Shown here: positions 41,674 through 50,017 of the stretch, in pieces
Layout: each line of letters starts with the position of its first letter
How positions within the stretch are numbered: the first letter of the stretch is position 1
Made by a program: the position numbers and the translations under genes
Assembly: GCA_036281075.1 (NCBI GenBank)
Contig: DASUPO010000091.1
Location: forward strand, 251-64,250
Direction of reading: 5' to 3'
Origin: Actinomycetota bacterium
GTDB taxonomy: Bacteria; Actinomycetota; UBA4738; HRBIN12
DNA: 64,000 bases
The notes under the pieces: generated by a model
Seen by the model: the letters and a program-made list of their open reading frames with translations, nothing else
Databases searched by the model: none
Told to the model about the DNA's origin: nothing

Positions 41674-41710
41674 TAAGGAAGGCGGGCGCGTCCATAAGGC
41701 TTCCGTAAGG
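41674..41710. promoter_or_regulatory. Three helically phased TAAGG direct repeats in the divergent permease / kdpDE intergenic region
   Basis: TAAGG at 41674, 41695 and 41706, so the spacings are 21 and 11 bp. AT-rich for this genome. The arrangement is typical of OmpR/PhoB-family response-regulator sites. Confidence 0.35.
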
Positions 41711-41759
41711 ATTCCCGGCGCTCGGCGACGCCTTGCTACGCTCCGTCAGGGGGATCTCG

Positions 41760-43175
41760 ATGACGGCGATCGATCGGCGACGGTGGCCCGGCGCCCTCCG
41801 GACGGTGTTCGCGGGGCTCCTGCCGCCGGGCATCCTCACCCTCGCCGCGCTCCTCCCGATCGAGGTCGAGACGACGACCGCGGCGCTCGCGTACGTCCTC
41901 GCCGTCGTGGTGGCCTCGGCGACGGGCGGGCTGATCGCCGGCCTCGTCGCGTCGGGCGTCTCGTTCCTCGCACTGAACTTCTTCTTCACACCGCCGCTCC
42001 ACACGTTCGCCGTCGAGGAGACGGTCGATCTCGTCGCACTCGCCGTGTTCCTCGCGGTTTCGGCGACCGTGGGAGCGATGCTGTCCCGGGTCCTGGAACA
42101 GCGCGCCCGTGCGGAGCGCCGGGAGCGGGAGGCGAGGCTCCTGAATCACCTCGGGTCGCGGCTCAGGACCGGCGAGCCGACCGAGGACGTGCTCCGGAGC
42201 CTGGCGGCGTCGATCACGGAATCGTTCGACCTGGCGCGATGCGAGATCACGACCGACCAGGGCGATGCCGTCGTCGCGGTGGGCCGGCCGATCGCATCGG
42301 ACGCCCGGGAGGAGGTGATGCCGATCACCACCCACGACCGCGAGCTCGGGCGGATCGCTGTGTTCACCGACGGCACGCGCGCACCCCTGAGCGCCGAGGA
42401 GCGCGGGGTGATCAGGACCCTCGCGGGACAGGTCGCGTTGGCGGTGGAAAGCGAGCGGCTGGGCTCGGAGGCCGAACGGGCCCGGCTGGAATCCGAGACG
42501 AACCGCCTGCGAGCGGCCCTGTTCTCGTCCGTCACGCACGACCTCCGAACCCCGCTGTCCTCGATCACGGCCTCGGTGTCGACGCTGCTGGACGAGCGGG
42601 ACGGCTCGCGGCTCGCGAGCGAGGACCGTCGAGAGCTGCTCGAGACGATCGACCAAGAAGCGGGGCGGCTGAACCGGGTGATCGGGAACCTCATGGATCT
42701 CTCACGGATGCGGGCGGGCGCGGTCGCGCCGGTGCGGACGCCGGCCGCGGTCGACGAACTGATCGAGGGCACGCTCGCGAGCGCGGCCGCGGTGCTCAAG
42801 GACCATGACCTCCGGCTGATGTTGCGGGACGATCTGCCCGAGATCCCGCTGGACCTCGGGTTGATCGATCAGGCGCTCACGAACGTGCTGGAGAACGCCG
42901 CCCGCTTCACACCGCCCGGCAAGGCGATCACGGTGGTCGCGGCCCGGTGGCGTGAGGGCGTGCAGATCCGGGTCTCCGACAGCGGGCCAGGGATCCCTCG
43001 AGAGGATCGGGAGCGCGTCTTCGAACCGTTCGTGCGAGGGGAGGCGAGCGCCGGCACCGGTCTCGGCCTGGCGATCGCCCGCGCGATCGTCGAGGCTCAC
43101 GACGGCACGATCCGGCTGGGGGATGAGCCGGGCGGCGGCACGGCGGTCGTGATCGAGCTCCCCGGGACCACGTGA
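41760..43175 (+). CDS. Sensor histidine kinase, KdpD C-terminal-half type (DUF4118 membrane domain, GAF-like, HisKA, HATPase)
   Basis: Membrane domain LAYVLAVVVASATGGLIAGLVASGVSFLALNFFFTPPLHTF, H-box FSSVTHDLRTPL, N box NVLENAARFTP, G boxes DSGPGI and GTGLGLAI. Only ~470 aa, so the N-terminal KdpD/Usp sensor domains are absent. Confidence 0.85.
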   Translation: MTAIDRRRWPGALRTVFAGLLPPGILTLAALLPIEVETTTAALAYVLAVVVASATGGLIAGLVASGVSFLALNFFFTPPLHTFAVEETVDLVALAVFLAVSATVGAMLSRVLEQRARAERREREARLLNHLGSRLRTGEPTEDVLRSLAASITESFDLARCEITTDQGDAVVAVGRPIASDAREEVMPITTHDRELGRIAVFTDGTRAPLSAEERGVIRTLAGQVALAVESERLGSEAERARLESETNRLRAALFSSVTHDLRTPLSSITASVSTLLDERDGSRLASEDRRELLETIDQEAGRLNRVIGNLMDLSRMRAGAVAPVRTPAAVDELIEGTLASAAAVLKDHDLRLMLRDDLPEIPLDLGLIDQALTNVLENAARFTPPGKAITVVAARWREGVQIRVSDSGPGIPREDRERVFEPFVRGEASAGTGLGLAIARAIVEAHDGTIRLGDEPGGGTAVVIELPGTT

Positions 43176-43867
43176 TGCGCGAGGGTCAGGTCCTCGTCGT
43201 CGACGACGATCCCCAGATCCTGCGGGCGGTGCGCACGAGCCTCCAGGGCCACGGGTACGACGTGCTCACGGCGGGGAACGGGGAGACCGCGCTCGACCTC
43301 CTGCCCGATGCCGACGTCGACCTCGTCGTCCTGGACCTCGGCCTCCCCGGGATCTCGGGGGAGGACGTGATCCGGCGCGTGCGTGGCTGGTCGGACGTGC
43401 CGATCATCGTGCTCTCCGTGCGGGAAGGGCAGGCAGACAAGGTCGACGCGTTCGAAGCCGGCGCCGACGACTACGTCACGAAGCCGTTCGGCATGCCGGA
43501 GCTGCTCGCGCGGATGCGCGCCGTGCGCCGACGCGCGGACGCCGATCGCCGCCCCCCGGTCCTGCGGTTCGCGGAGCTGGAGATCGATCTGGGACGGACG
43601 CTCGTGCGGCTGGACGGGGAGGCGATCCACGTCACGCCGACGGAGTACCGGTTGCTCGAGGCCTTCGCCACCAACCCGGGGAAGCTGCTGACGCATCGCT
43701 GGCTGCTCCAACGCGTCTGGGGGCCGGGGTACGCGACCGAGCATCAATACCTCCGGGTCTTCATCCGGCAGCTGCGGGCGAAGCTCGCCGACGACCCCGC
43801 CCGGCCACGGTTCATCGTGACCGAGGCCGGGCTCGGCTACCGCTGGAAACCGGACCCGGACGCGTGA
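43172..43867 (+). CDS. kdpE: OmpR-family response regulator KdpE
   Basis: Receiver domain (VLVVDDDPQILR, VVLDLGLPG). Winged helix with the KdpE-type tail YLRVFIRQLRAKLADDPARPRFIVTEAGLGYRW. GTG overlaps the kinase stop. Confidence 0.9.
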   Translation: MMREGQVLVVDDDPQILRAVRTSLQGHGYDVLTAGNGETALDLLPDADVDLVVLDLGLPGISGEDVIRRVRGWSDVPIIVLSVREGQADKVDAFEAGADDYVTKPFGMPELLARMRAVRRRADADRRPPVLRFAELEIDLGRTLVRLDGEAIHVTPTEYRLLEAFATNPGKLLTHRWLLQRVWGPGYATEHQYLRVFIRQLRAKLADDPARPRFIVTEAGLGYRWKPDPDA

Positions 43868-44021
43868 CACCCCCCACGCACGCCTCACCGACGCCGACGA
43901 CGCGCACGTCCCCGGGGATCGAGGGGTATGCTCCGCTCGTGAGCTGACGGATCCTCCTCGAGCACGCCGGGCGCCGCCCCACGCGCGCCCGTCGCTGCAT
44001 GACCCGATCCAGGAGGAACCG

Positions 44022-44078
44022 ATGAAGCTCCCGCTCCCACCCACAGGACCAGCCCCGCCCTCGGAGACTCGGCCGTGA
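44022..44078 (+). CDS. Candidate 18-aa proline-rich leader peptide (uORF) coupled to the ABC-F gene
   Basis: RBS aggagg lies 6 nt before the ATG. Product MKLPLPPTGPAPPSETRP. Its TGA (44076-44078) overlaps the ABC-F GTG (44075) as GTGA. Confidence 0.4.
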   Translation: MKLPLPPTGPAPPSETRP

Positions 44079-45670
44079 TCGCGCTGGAGGCTTCGGGGCT
44101 CGACGTGGAGGCGGGCGGTCTGACGGTCGTCAGCGACCTCGACCTCGTCCTCGCGGCCGGGGACAAGGTGGGGATGGTCGGCCGCAACGGTGCCGGCAAG
44201 ACATCGACCCTGCGCGTGCTCGCGGGGGAGATGCCCGCGGCGGCGGGAACGGTGCTCCGCCGCGGGGCGGTCGGCCACCTTCGCCAGGATCCCCGGCAGC
44301 ACCGAGCCGACGACGCCACGACCGGCATCGAGTACCTGCTCGCGTCTCGCGGACTGATCGAGCTCCAGCGGGGCGTGGAGAAGGCTCGGCTCCAGCTCGA
44401 GGAGCTCCCGACGGAGGAGCACGTCGCCCGCTTCGCGAGGCTCCAGGAGCAGTACGAACGGGTCGGCGGTTACCGCGGCGAGGCCGAGGCCCGCGCGATC
44501 GTCGCGGGACTCGGCCTCGCCCAGGACCGTCTCCGCCTGTCGGTCGGGGGGCTCTCGGGAGGGGAGCGGCGGCGTCTGGAGCTCGCGCGGATCCTGTTCG
44601 GGGGGTCGGACCTGTTGCTGCTGGACGAGCCGACGAACCACCTCGACGCGGACGCGAAGGGCTGGCTGATGCGATTCCTCGCCGGCTACCGGGGTGCCCT
44701 CCTCGTCGTCAGCCACGACATCGCGCTCCTCGACGCGTCGATCACGAGGATCCTCCACCTCGACCGGGACGGCGTGGTCGAGTACCGGGGGACCTACACG
44801 GCGTACCGGACCGCGCGCGCGGCCGACGAGGTCCGCCTCGGTGCGCTCGCATCGCGCCAGGAGGCGGAGATCAGGCGACTGCGGACGCTCGCCGACTCGA
44901 TGCGCGGCCAGACGGCGAAGCGCGCGCGGAAGGCCAAGACGCTGGACACGCGCGTCGCCCGCCTCCAGGCACGGAAGGTCGTCGCCCCGACCCACGAGCG
45001 GGCGGTGCGGTTCCGGTTCCCGGACCCGCCCCACTCGGGCCGGACGATGCTCGTGGTCGACGGGCTCTCGAAGGGGTACGGCGGTCCGCCCGTGTTCGAG
45101 GGGATCTCCTTCGACGTCGAGCGAGGGGAGCGGTTGCTCGTGATGGGCCTGAACGGCGCCGGCAAGACCAGCCTGCTTCGGATCCTCGCGGACGAGACGC
45201 GCGCGGACGCCGGCTCCCACCGCCTCGGACACGGCGTGCAGCTCGGGTACTACGCGCAGGAGCACGAGGGGATCCGCGACGGGATCACGGTGCTCGCCCA
45301 CATGCACCAGGCCTCTCGAGCGGACGACCAGGCGCTCCGCACGCTCCTCGGGATGTTCCGCCTGCCCGGAGAGATGGCGTTCCAGGACGCGGGCACGCTC
45401 TCGGGCGGGGAGAAGACGAAGCTCGCGCTCGCGCAGCTCGTCGCCGGACGGAAGAACCTCTTGCTCCTCGACGAGCCGACGAACAACCTCGACCCGCCCT
45501 CGCGGACGGCGATCGCGCACGCGCTCCGCGACTGGTCGGGCGCGATGGTCATCGTCAGCCACGACACCGAGTTCGTGGAAGCGCTTGCCCCGGAACGCGT
45601 CCTGATGATGCCGGACGGCGCCATCGACCACTGGACCGACGATCTCTTGGACCTCGTAGCGCTGGCGTGA
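44075..45670 (+). CDS. ABC-F family ribosome-associated ATPase (no membrane domain)
   Basis: Two cassettes (GRNGAGKTS / LSGGERRRLELARIL and GLNGAGKTS / LSGGEKTKLALAQL) joined by a basic helical linker (RQEAEIRRLRTLADSMRGQTAKRARKAKTLDTRVARLQ). 531 aa, YbiT/Uup-like size. Confidence 0.9.
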   Translation: MIALEASGLDVEAGGLTVVSDLDLVLAAGDKVGMVGRNGAGKTSTLRVLAGEMPAAAGTVLRRGAVGHLRQDPRQHRADDATTGIEYLLASRGLIELQRGVEKARLQLEELPTEEHVARFARLQEQYERVGGYRGEAEARAIVAGLGLAQDRLRLSVGGLSGGERRRLELARILFGGSDLLLLDEPTNHLDADAKGWLMRFLAGYRGALLVVSHDIALLDASITRILHLDRDGVVEYRGTYTAYRTARAADEVRLGALASRQEAEIRRLRTLADSMRGQTAKRARKAKTLDTRVARLQARKVVAPTHERAVRFRFPDPPHSGRTMLVVDGLSKGYGGPPVFEGISFDVERGERLLVMGLNGAGKTSLLRILADETRADAGSHRLGHGVQLGYYAQEHEGIRDGITVLAHMHQASRADDQALRTLLGMFRLPGEMAFQDAGTLSGGEKTKLALAQLVAGRKNLLLLDEPTNNLDPPSRTAIAHALRDWSGAMVIVSHDTEFVEALAPERVLMMPDGAIDHWTDDLLDLVALA

Positions 45671-45686
45671 CCGCTATGCTCCGCCG

Positions 45687-47357
45687 ATGACCGTGGCCGA
45701 CCTCGTATTCGTGAACGGCGCGGTCTACACGGTGGACGCTGCCCGAACCCCGGCGGACGCCGTCGCCGTGGCGGGCGGCCGGATCGCGGCCGTCGGGACC
45801 GGCGAGGCCGTCCGGTCGCTGGTGGGCCCTCGCACGGAGGTCGTGGACCTCGACGGGCGCATGCTGCTCCCGGGGTTCCAGGACTCGCACGCGCACCCGG
45901 TGAGCGGCGGACTCGACATGCTGCAGTGCGATCTGCACGACCTCCACTCCCGGGAGGACTACCTGCTCCGCGTGAAGACCTATGCCGAGGAGCATCCCGA
46001 CCGCGAGTGGATCCTCGGCGGCGGCTGGTCGATGGACCAGTTCGCCGGCGGCACCCCGACGAAGGATCTCCTCGACGCGATCGTGCCGGATCGGATCGTC
46101 TACCTCCCGAACCGAGACGGACACAGCAGCTGGGTGAACTCGAGGGCGCTGGAGGTAGCCGGGATCACGGCGGCGACCCCCGACCCCCCCGACGGCCGGA
46201 TCGAGCGCGACGCGGACGGCGCGCCGACCGGGACCCTCCACGAAGGCGCGGCCGACCTCGTGGGAGGCCGGGCTCCCGACCCGACGTCCGAGGACATGTA
46301 TCGAGGCGTCCTCGAGGGACAGCGGTACCTCCACGGCCTCGGGATCACCGCGTGGCAGGACGCGGCGGTCTCGACGACGGAGTGGGGCGACTCCTACTCC
46401 GCGTACCGCCTGGCTGCGGAACGGGGAGAGCTCACCGGTCGGGTGATCGGGGCGCTCTGGTGGGATCGCGAGCGCGGCGAGGAGCAGATCGAGGAGCTCG
46501 AGCGGCTCCGCGACGAGGGCAGGATCGGGCGGTTCGCCCCGACGAGCGTGAAGATCATGCAGGACGGCGTCTGCGAGACGTTCACGGCGGCGGTCCTGGA
46601 GCCGTACCTCGACGCAGACGGTCGCCCGACCGATCGACGCGGCATCTCGTTCGTGGATCCCGAGGCCCTGAGGGGCTACGTCACGGCGCTCGACGCACGG
46701 GGCTTCCAGGTCCACTTCCACGCCCTCGCCGAACGCGCGGTCCGCGAGTGCCTCGACGCGGTCGAGGCGGCGCTCCGCGCGAACGGGCCCGGGGACGGCC
46801 GCCACCACCTCGCGCACCTGCAGGTGATCCACCCCGACGACGTGCCGCGGTTCCGGGCGCTGCGTGCGGTGGCGAACGCGCAGCCGCTCTGGGCGGCGCA
46901 CGAGCCGCAGATGGACGACCTCACGATCCCGTTCCTCGGCGAACCCCGCTGGCGCTGGCAGTACCCCTTCGGCGCGCTCGTGCGATCGGGCGCGTCCCTG
47001 TGCTTCGGGAGCGACTGGCCGGTCTCGACGCCCGATCCGATCCAGGGACTGCACGTCGCCGTCAACCGGGTCATGCCGCCGGACTACCCGTACGGCGAGG
47101 GCGGCGGCGTCCACCGGGTCTTCCTCCCGGATGAGCGGCTCGACCTCGCCACCGCGATCGCGGCCTCCACGATCGGCTCCGCGTTCGTGAACCATCTCGA
47201 CGACGTCACCGGCTCGATCGAGGTCGGCAAGCTGGCCGACCTGGCGATCGTGGATCGCGATCTCTTCGCGCACCCGCGCGACGAGATCGCCTCCGCGCGG
47301 GTCGACGCGACGTTCGTCGAGGGCGTCCGGGTCTTCGAACGCGACGGCGCGGCCTGA
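45687..47357 (+). CDS. Amidohydrolase 3 family (YtcJ-like) metal-dependent hydrolase
   Basis: N-terminus DLVFVNGAVYTVD and metal motif LLPGFQDSHAHPVSGG. 556 aa. ATG is 6 nt after TATGCT (leaderless). Confidence 0.85.
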   Translation: MTVADLVFVNGAVYTVDAARTPADAVAVAGGRIAAVGTGEAVRSLVGPRTEVVDLDGRMLLPGFQDSHAHPVSGGLDMLQCDLHDLHSREDYLLRVKTYAEEHPDREWILGGGWSMDQFAGGTPTKDLLDAIVPDRIVYLPNRDGHSSWVNSRALEVAGITAATPDPPDGRIERDADGAPTGTLHEGAADLVGGRAPDPTSEDMYRGVLEGQRYLHGLGITAWQDAAVSTTEWGDSYSAYRLAAERGELTGRVIGALWWDRERGEEQIEELERLRDEGRIGRFAPTSVKIMQDGVCETFTAAVLEPYLDADGRPTDRRGISFVDPEALRGYVTALDARGFQVHFHALAERAVRECLDAVEAALRANGPGDGRHHLAHLQVIHPDDVPRFRALRAVANAQPLWAAHEPQMDDLTIPFLGEPRWRWQYPFGALVRSGASLCFGSDWPVSTPDPIQGLHVAVNRVMPPDYPYGEGGGVHRVFLPDERLDLATAIAASTIGSAFVNHLDDVTGSIEVGKLADLAIVDRDLFAHPRDEIASARVDATFVEGVRVFERDGAA

Positions 47358-47459
47358 CCAACGGTCAGGGGGCGGGTTGCGTGCCCCCCACGCCGCTCGC
47401 ACGATACCCGGCGCGGCATCCCGCATCGCCGCCCTTCGCACGCGAGAGGAGTCCCCACG

Positions 47460-48617
47460 ATGACCGAGCCCTTCGACATGAGCCTGGTGCAACGCGGTGC
47501 GCGGAACCGGCGGACCCCGTACCACGAGGCGACGCAGCGCTACGGCCCGAAGGGGTACACGGTCTACAACCACATGTACTTCCCGATCCGCTTCGACTCC
47601 TTCGAGAACGAGTTCGACGCGCTCCTGAACCGCGTCACGCTGTGGGATGTCTCGGTCGAGCGATGCCTCGAGATCTCCGGGCCGGACGGTTTCCGGTTCG
47701 CGCAGCTCCTGACCCCTCGCGACCTCGCGACGTGCGCCGTCGGCCAGGGCAAGTACGTGCTGATCTGTGACTCCGACGGGGGGATCGTGAACGACCCCGT
47801 GCTCACCCGGATGGACGAGAACGCGTTCTGGTTCGCGCTCGCGTCCTCCGACGCGCTCCTGTTCGCGCGCGGCCTGAAGAACGCCTATCCCGACCTCGAC
47901 GTGACGATCCGCGAGGCCGACGTCGCGCCGCTCCAGGTGCAGGGTCCGAGGTCGAGGGACCTGATGGCCAAGCTCCTGGGGCCCGAGGTCCTCGCACTCA
48001 AGTACTACTTCTGGACCGAGGCGAAGATCGCGGACGCGCCGGTCGTGGTCACGCGGACCGGTTGGACGTCCGAGGTCGGGTACGAGGTGTACCTGACCGA
48101 CACGAGCAAGGGCACCGAGGTGTTCGAGGCGATCATGGAGGCGGGGCAGGAGTTCGGGATCGCGCCGACCGGGCCGAGCGACATCCGCCGGATCGAGGGT
48201 GCGATCTTCAACTGGGGCGCGGACATGACCTACGAGAACAACCCGTTGGAGCTCGGACTCGACCGACTCGTGGCGTGGGACCTGCCGGACGACACCTCGA
48301 TCTCGATCGCCGCGCTGAAGCGGATCCGCGAGGAGGGCGTCGGGCGCCGGATCAACGGGGTCGAGCTCGACGGCGATCCGTTCCCCGCCCTCAACAGCGT
48401 GAAGTGGCCGGCCTTCGACGGGGGGGAGCGCGTGGGGAAGGTCACCTCGGCGATCCACTCCCCGCGGTTGGGGAAGAACATCGGCTACTGCTGGCTGCCC
48501 GCCGATCGGTCGGCCGAGGGGATCACCGTCTCCGTCGACTCCGAGTGGGGTGCGCGGACCGCGACCCTGGTCCCCATGCCGTTCGTGGACCCCGACAAGA
48601 CGATCCCGGTCGCCTGA
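47460..48617 (+). CDS. GcvT-family aminomethyltransferase-like protein (folate-dependent, DmdA/LigM-like architecture)
   Basis: YTVYNHMYFP, LWDVSVERCLEISGPD, GGIVNDPVL, QVQGPRS and TRTGWTSEVGYEVY are typical of the glycine-cleavage T fold. The substrate cannot be called from sequence alone. Confidence 0.85.
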   Translation: MTEPFDMSLVQRGARNRRTPYHEATQRYGPKGYTVYNHMYFPIRFDSFENEFDALLNRVTLWDVSVERCLEISGPDGFRFAQLLTPRDLATCAVGQGKYVLICDSDGGIVNDPVLTRMDENAFWFALASSDALLFARGLKNAYPDLDVTIREADVAPLQVQGPRSRDLMAKLLGPEVLALKYYFWTEAKIADAPVVVTRTGWTSEVGYEVYLTDTSKGTEVFEAIMEAGQEFGIAPTGPSDIRRIEGAIFNWGADMTYENNPLELGLDRLVAWDLPDDTSISIAALKRIREEGVGRRINGVELDGDPFPALNSVKWPAFDGGERVGKVTSAIHSPRLGKNIGYCWLPADRSAEGITVSVDSEWGARTATLVPMPFVDPDKTIPVA

Positions 48618-48691
48618 CCGCCTTCTCCTAACGCTCGTTCAGTGCTCCCGTCCCTGCTCAAGGGGCCTTTCAGGACTTGCACGGTAAGCGT

Positions 48692-48711
48692 GATTGAACG
48701 ATGATTCAATC
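48692..48711. promoter_or_regulatory. AT-rich palindrome GATTGAA-N6-TTCAATC between the two GcvT-family genes
   Basis: gattgaa cgatga ttcaatc, 35 nt upstream of the second gene's ATG. A TTGCAC -35-like hexamer sits at 48677. A candidate operator overlapping a promoter. Confidence 0.3.
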
Positions 48712-48746
48712 GCCGGCGCCGCCGTGGCGCCCGAGGAGGCACCCCG

Positions 48747-49925
48747 ATGGTCAACGAGCGACCGGAGATGCTCGCGAAGAGCGCCACCCTGTACTTCGGC
48801 CCCTGGTACCGACAGTCGCCGTTCTTCAAGGCGACCCTCCGTGCGGGGTGCACCGCCTACGACATCTACAACCACATGTACCTGCCCGGCTACTACGACG
48901 ACCCGGAGGCCGAGTACCACCTGCTGACCACCGGCGTGACGATGTGGGACGTCGGCGTGGAGCGAACGGTACAGGTCGCCGGGCCCGACGCGGACCGGCT
49001 GATCGACATGATCACGTGCCGCGACCTCACGAAGTGCGCCGTGAAGCAGGGCAAGTACATGATCGTGACGGCGCCGGACGGCGGGATCGTGAACGACCCC
49101 GTCCTCCTGCACGTGGACGAGAACACCTGGTGGATGCAGCTCGCGGACTCCGACGCCGGGCTGTACGCGATGGGCGTGGCGGCCACCTCAGGCCTGGACG
49201 CCGAGGTGACGTTCCCCGACGTGCACCCGATGCAGGTCCAGGGCCCGCGGTCGGCGGAGACGCTCGAGAAGCTCGTCGGCGAGGCGATCTACGACATCAA
49301 GTACTACTGGGTCGAACGCTTCGAGATCGACGGGATCCCCGTGCTGATCAGCCGGACGGGATGGACGGCGATCCCGGGGTTCGAGGTCAACCTCCTGGAC
49401 GGCTCGATGGGCGATGAGCTCTGGAACGCCGTCGCGTCGGCGGGGGAGGAGTTCGGGATCAAGCCGATCGCCCCGGTGGAGGGCCGTCGGATCGAGGCGG
49501 GGATCTTCAACTACGGCTCCGACATGACGATCGAGGACACGCCGCTCCACGTGATGGGCCTCGAGCGGCTCGTGGAGGACCAGCCGCAGGACTACATCGG
49601 GAAGGACGCGCTGGAACGCCTGAAGGCCCAGGGGGTCAATCGGAAGCTCGTCGGGATCGAGCTCGAGGGCGACGAGCTGCGCGCCGAGATGTCCGAGTAC
49701 TGGCCCGTCCACCACGGGGGCCGGAAGGTCGGGCACATGACCGACGCGGTCTGGTCGCCGGACCTGAAGCGCAACATCGGCTACGTCTGGGTCCCGATCG
49801 ACCTCGCCGAGCCCGGGACGGAGCTCGACGTCGAGACCGAGGACGGCGATCACCTGGTGGGGCGCACGGCCTCGATCCCGTTCGTGGACCCTCGGAAGGA
49901 GCGCCCGGCCGCTTCCCTCCGCTGA
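48747..49925 (+). CDS. GcvT-family aminomethyltransferase-like protein, tandem paralogue
   Basis: Roughly 45% identical by eye to the upstream gene (YDIYNHMYLP, MWDVGVERTVQVAGPD, GGIVNDPVL, QVQGPRS, SRTGWTAIPGFEV). Confidence 0.85.
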   Translation: MVNERPEMLAKSATLYFGPWYRQSPFFKATLRAGCTAYDIYNHMYLPGYYDDPEAEYHLLTTGVTMWDVGVERTVQVAGPDADRLIDMITCRDLTKCAVKQGKYMIVTAPDGGIVNDPVLLHVDENTWWMQLADSDAGLYAMGVAATSGLDAEVTFPDVHPMQVQGPRSAETLEKLVGEAIYDIKYYWVERFEIDGIPVLISRTGWTAIPGFEVNLLDGSMGDELWNAVASAGEEFGIKPIAPVEGRRIEAGIFNYGSDMTIEDTPLHVMGLERLVEDQPQDYIGKDALERLKAQGVNRKLVGIELEGDELRAEMSEYWPVHHGGRKVGHMTDAVWSPDLKRNIGYVWVPIDLAEPGTELDVETEDGDHLVGRTASIPFVDPRKERPAASLR

Positions 49926-50017
49926 GGTTCGGATGGCCGGTGGAGGGGTAGGGAGTCCTCATCATCGGACGCGCTCCTTCGTCGAACCCTCGGCCCGGCC
50001 GGAGCGAACCTCTTCAC

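Noticed and set aside
47358-47459. Possible glycine or THF riboswitch upstream of the GcvT-family genes
   Set aside because: The leaders are short (about 100-130 nt) and lack the conserved glycine-riboswitch cores as I remember them. Only an RBS and a small GC hairpin (47368-47388) are visible. A covariance-model scan would be needed to be certain.
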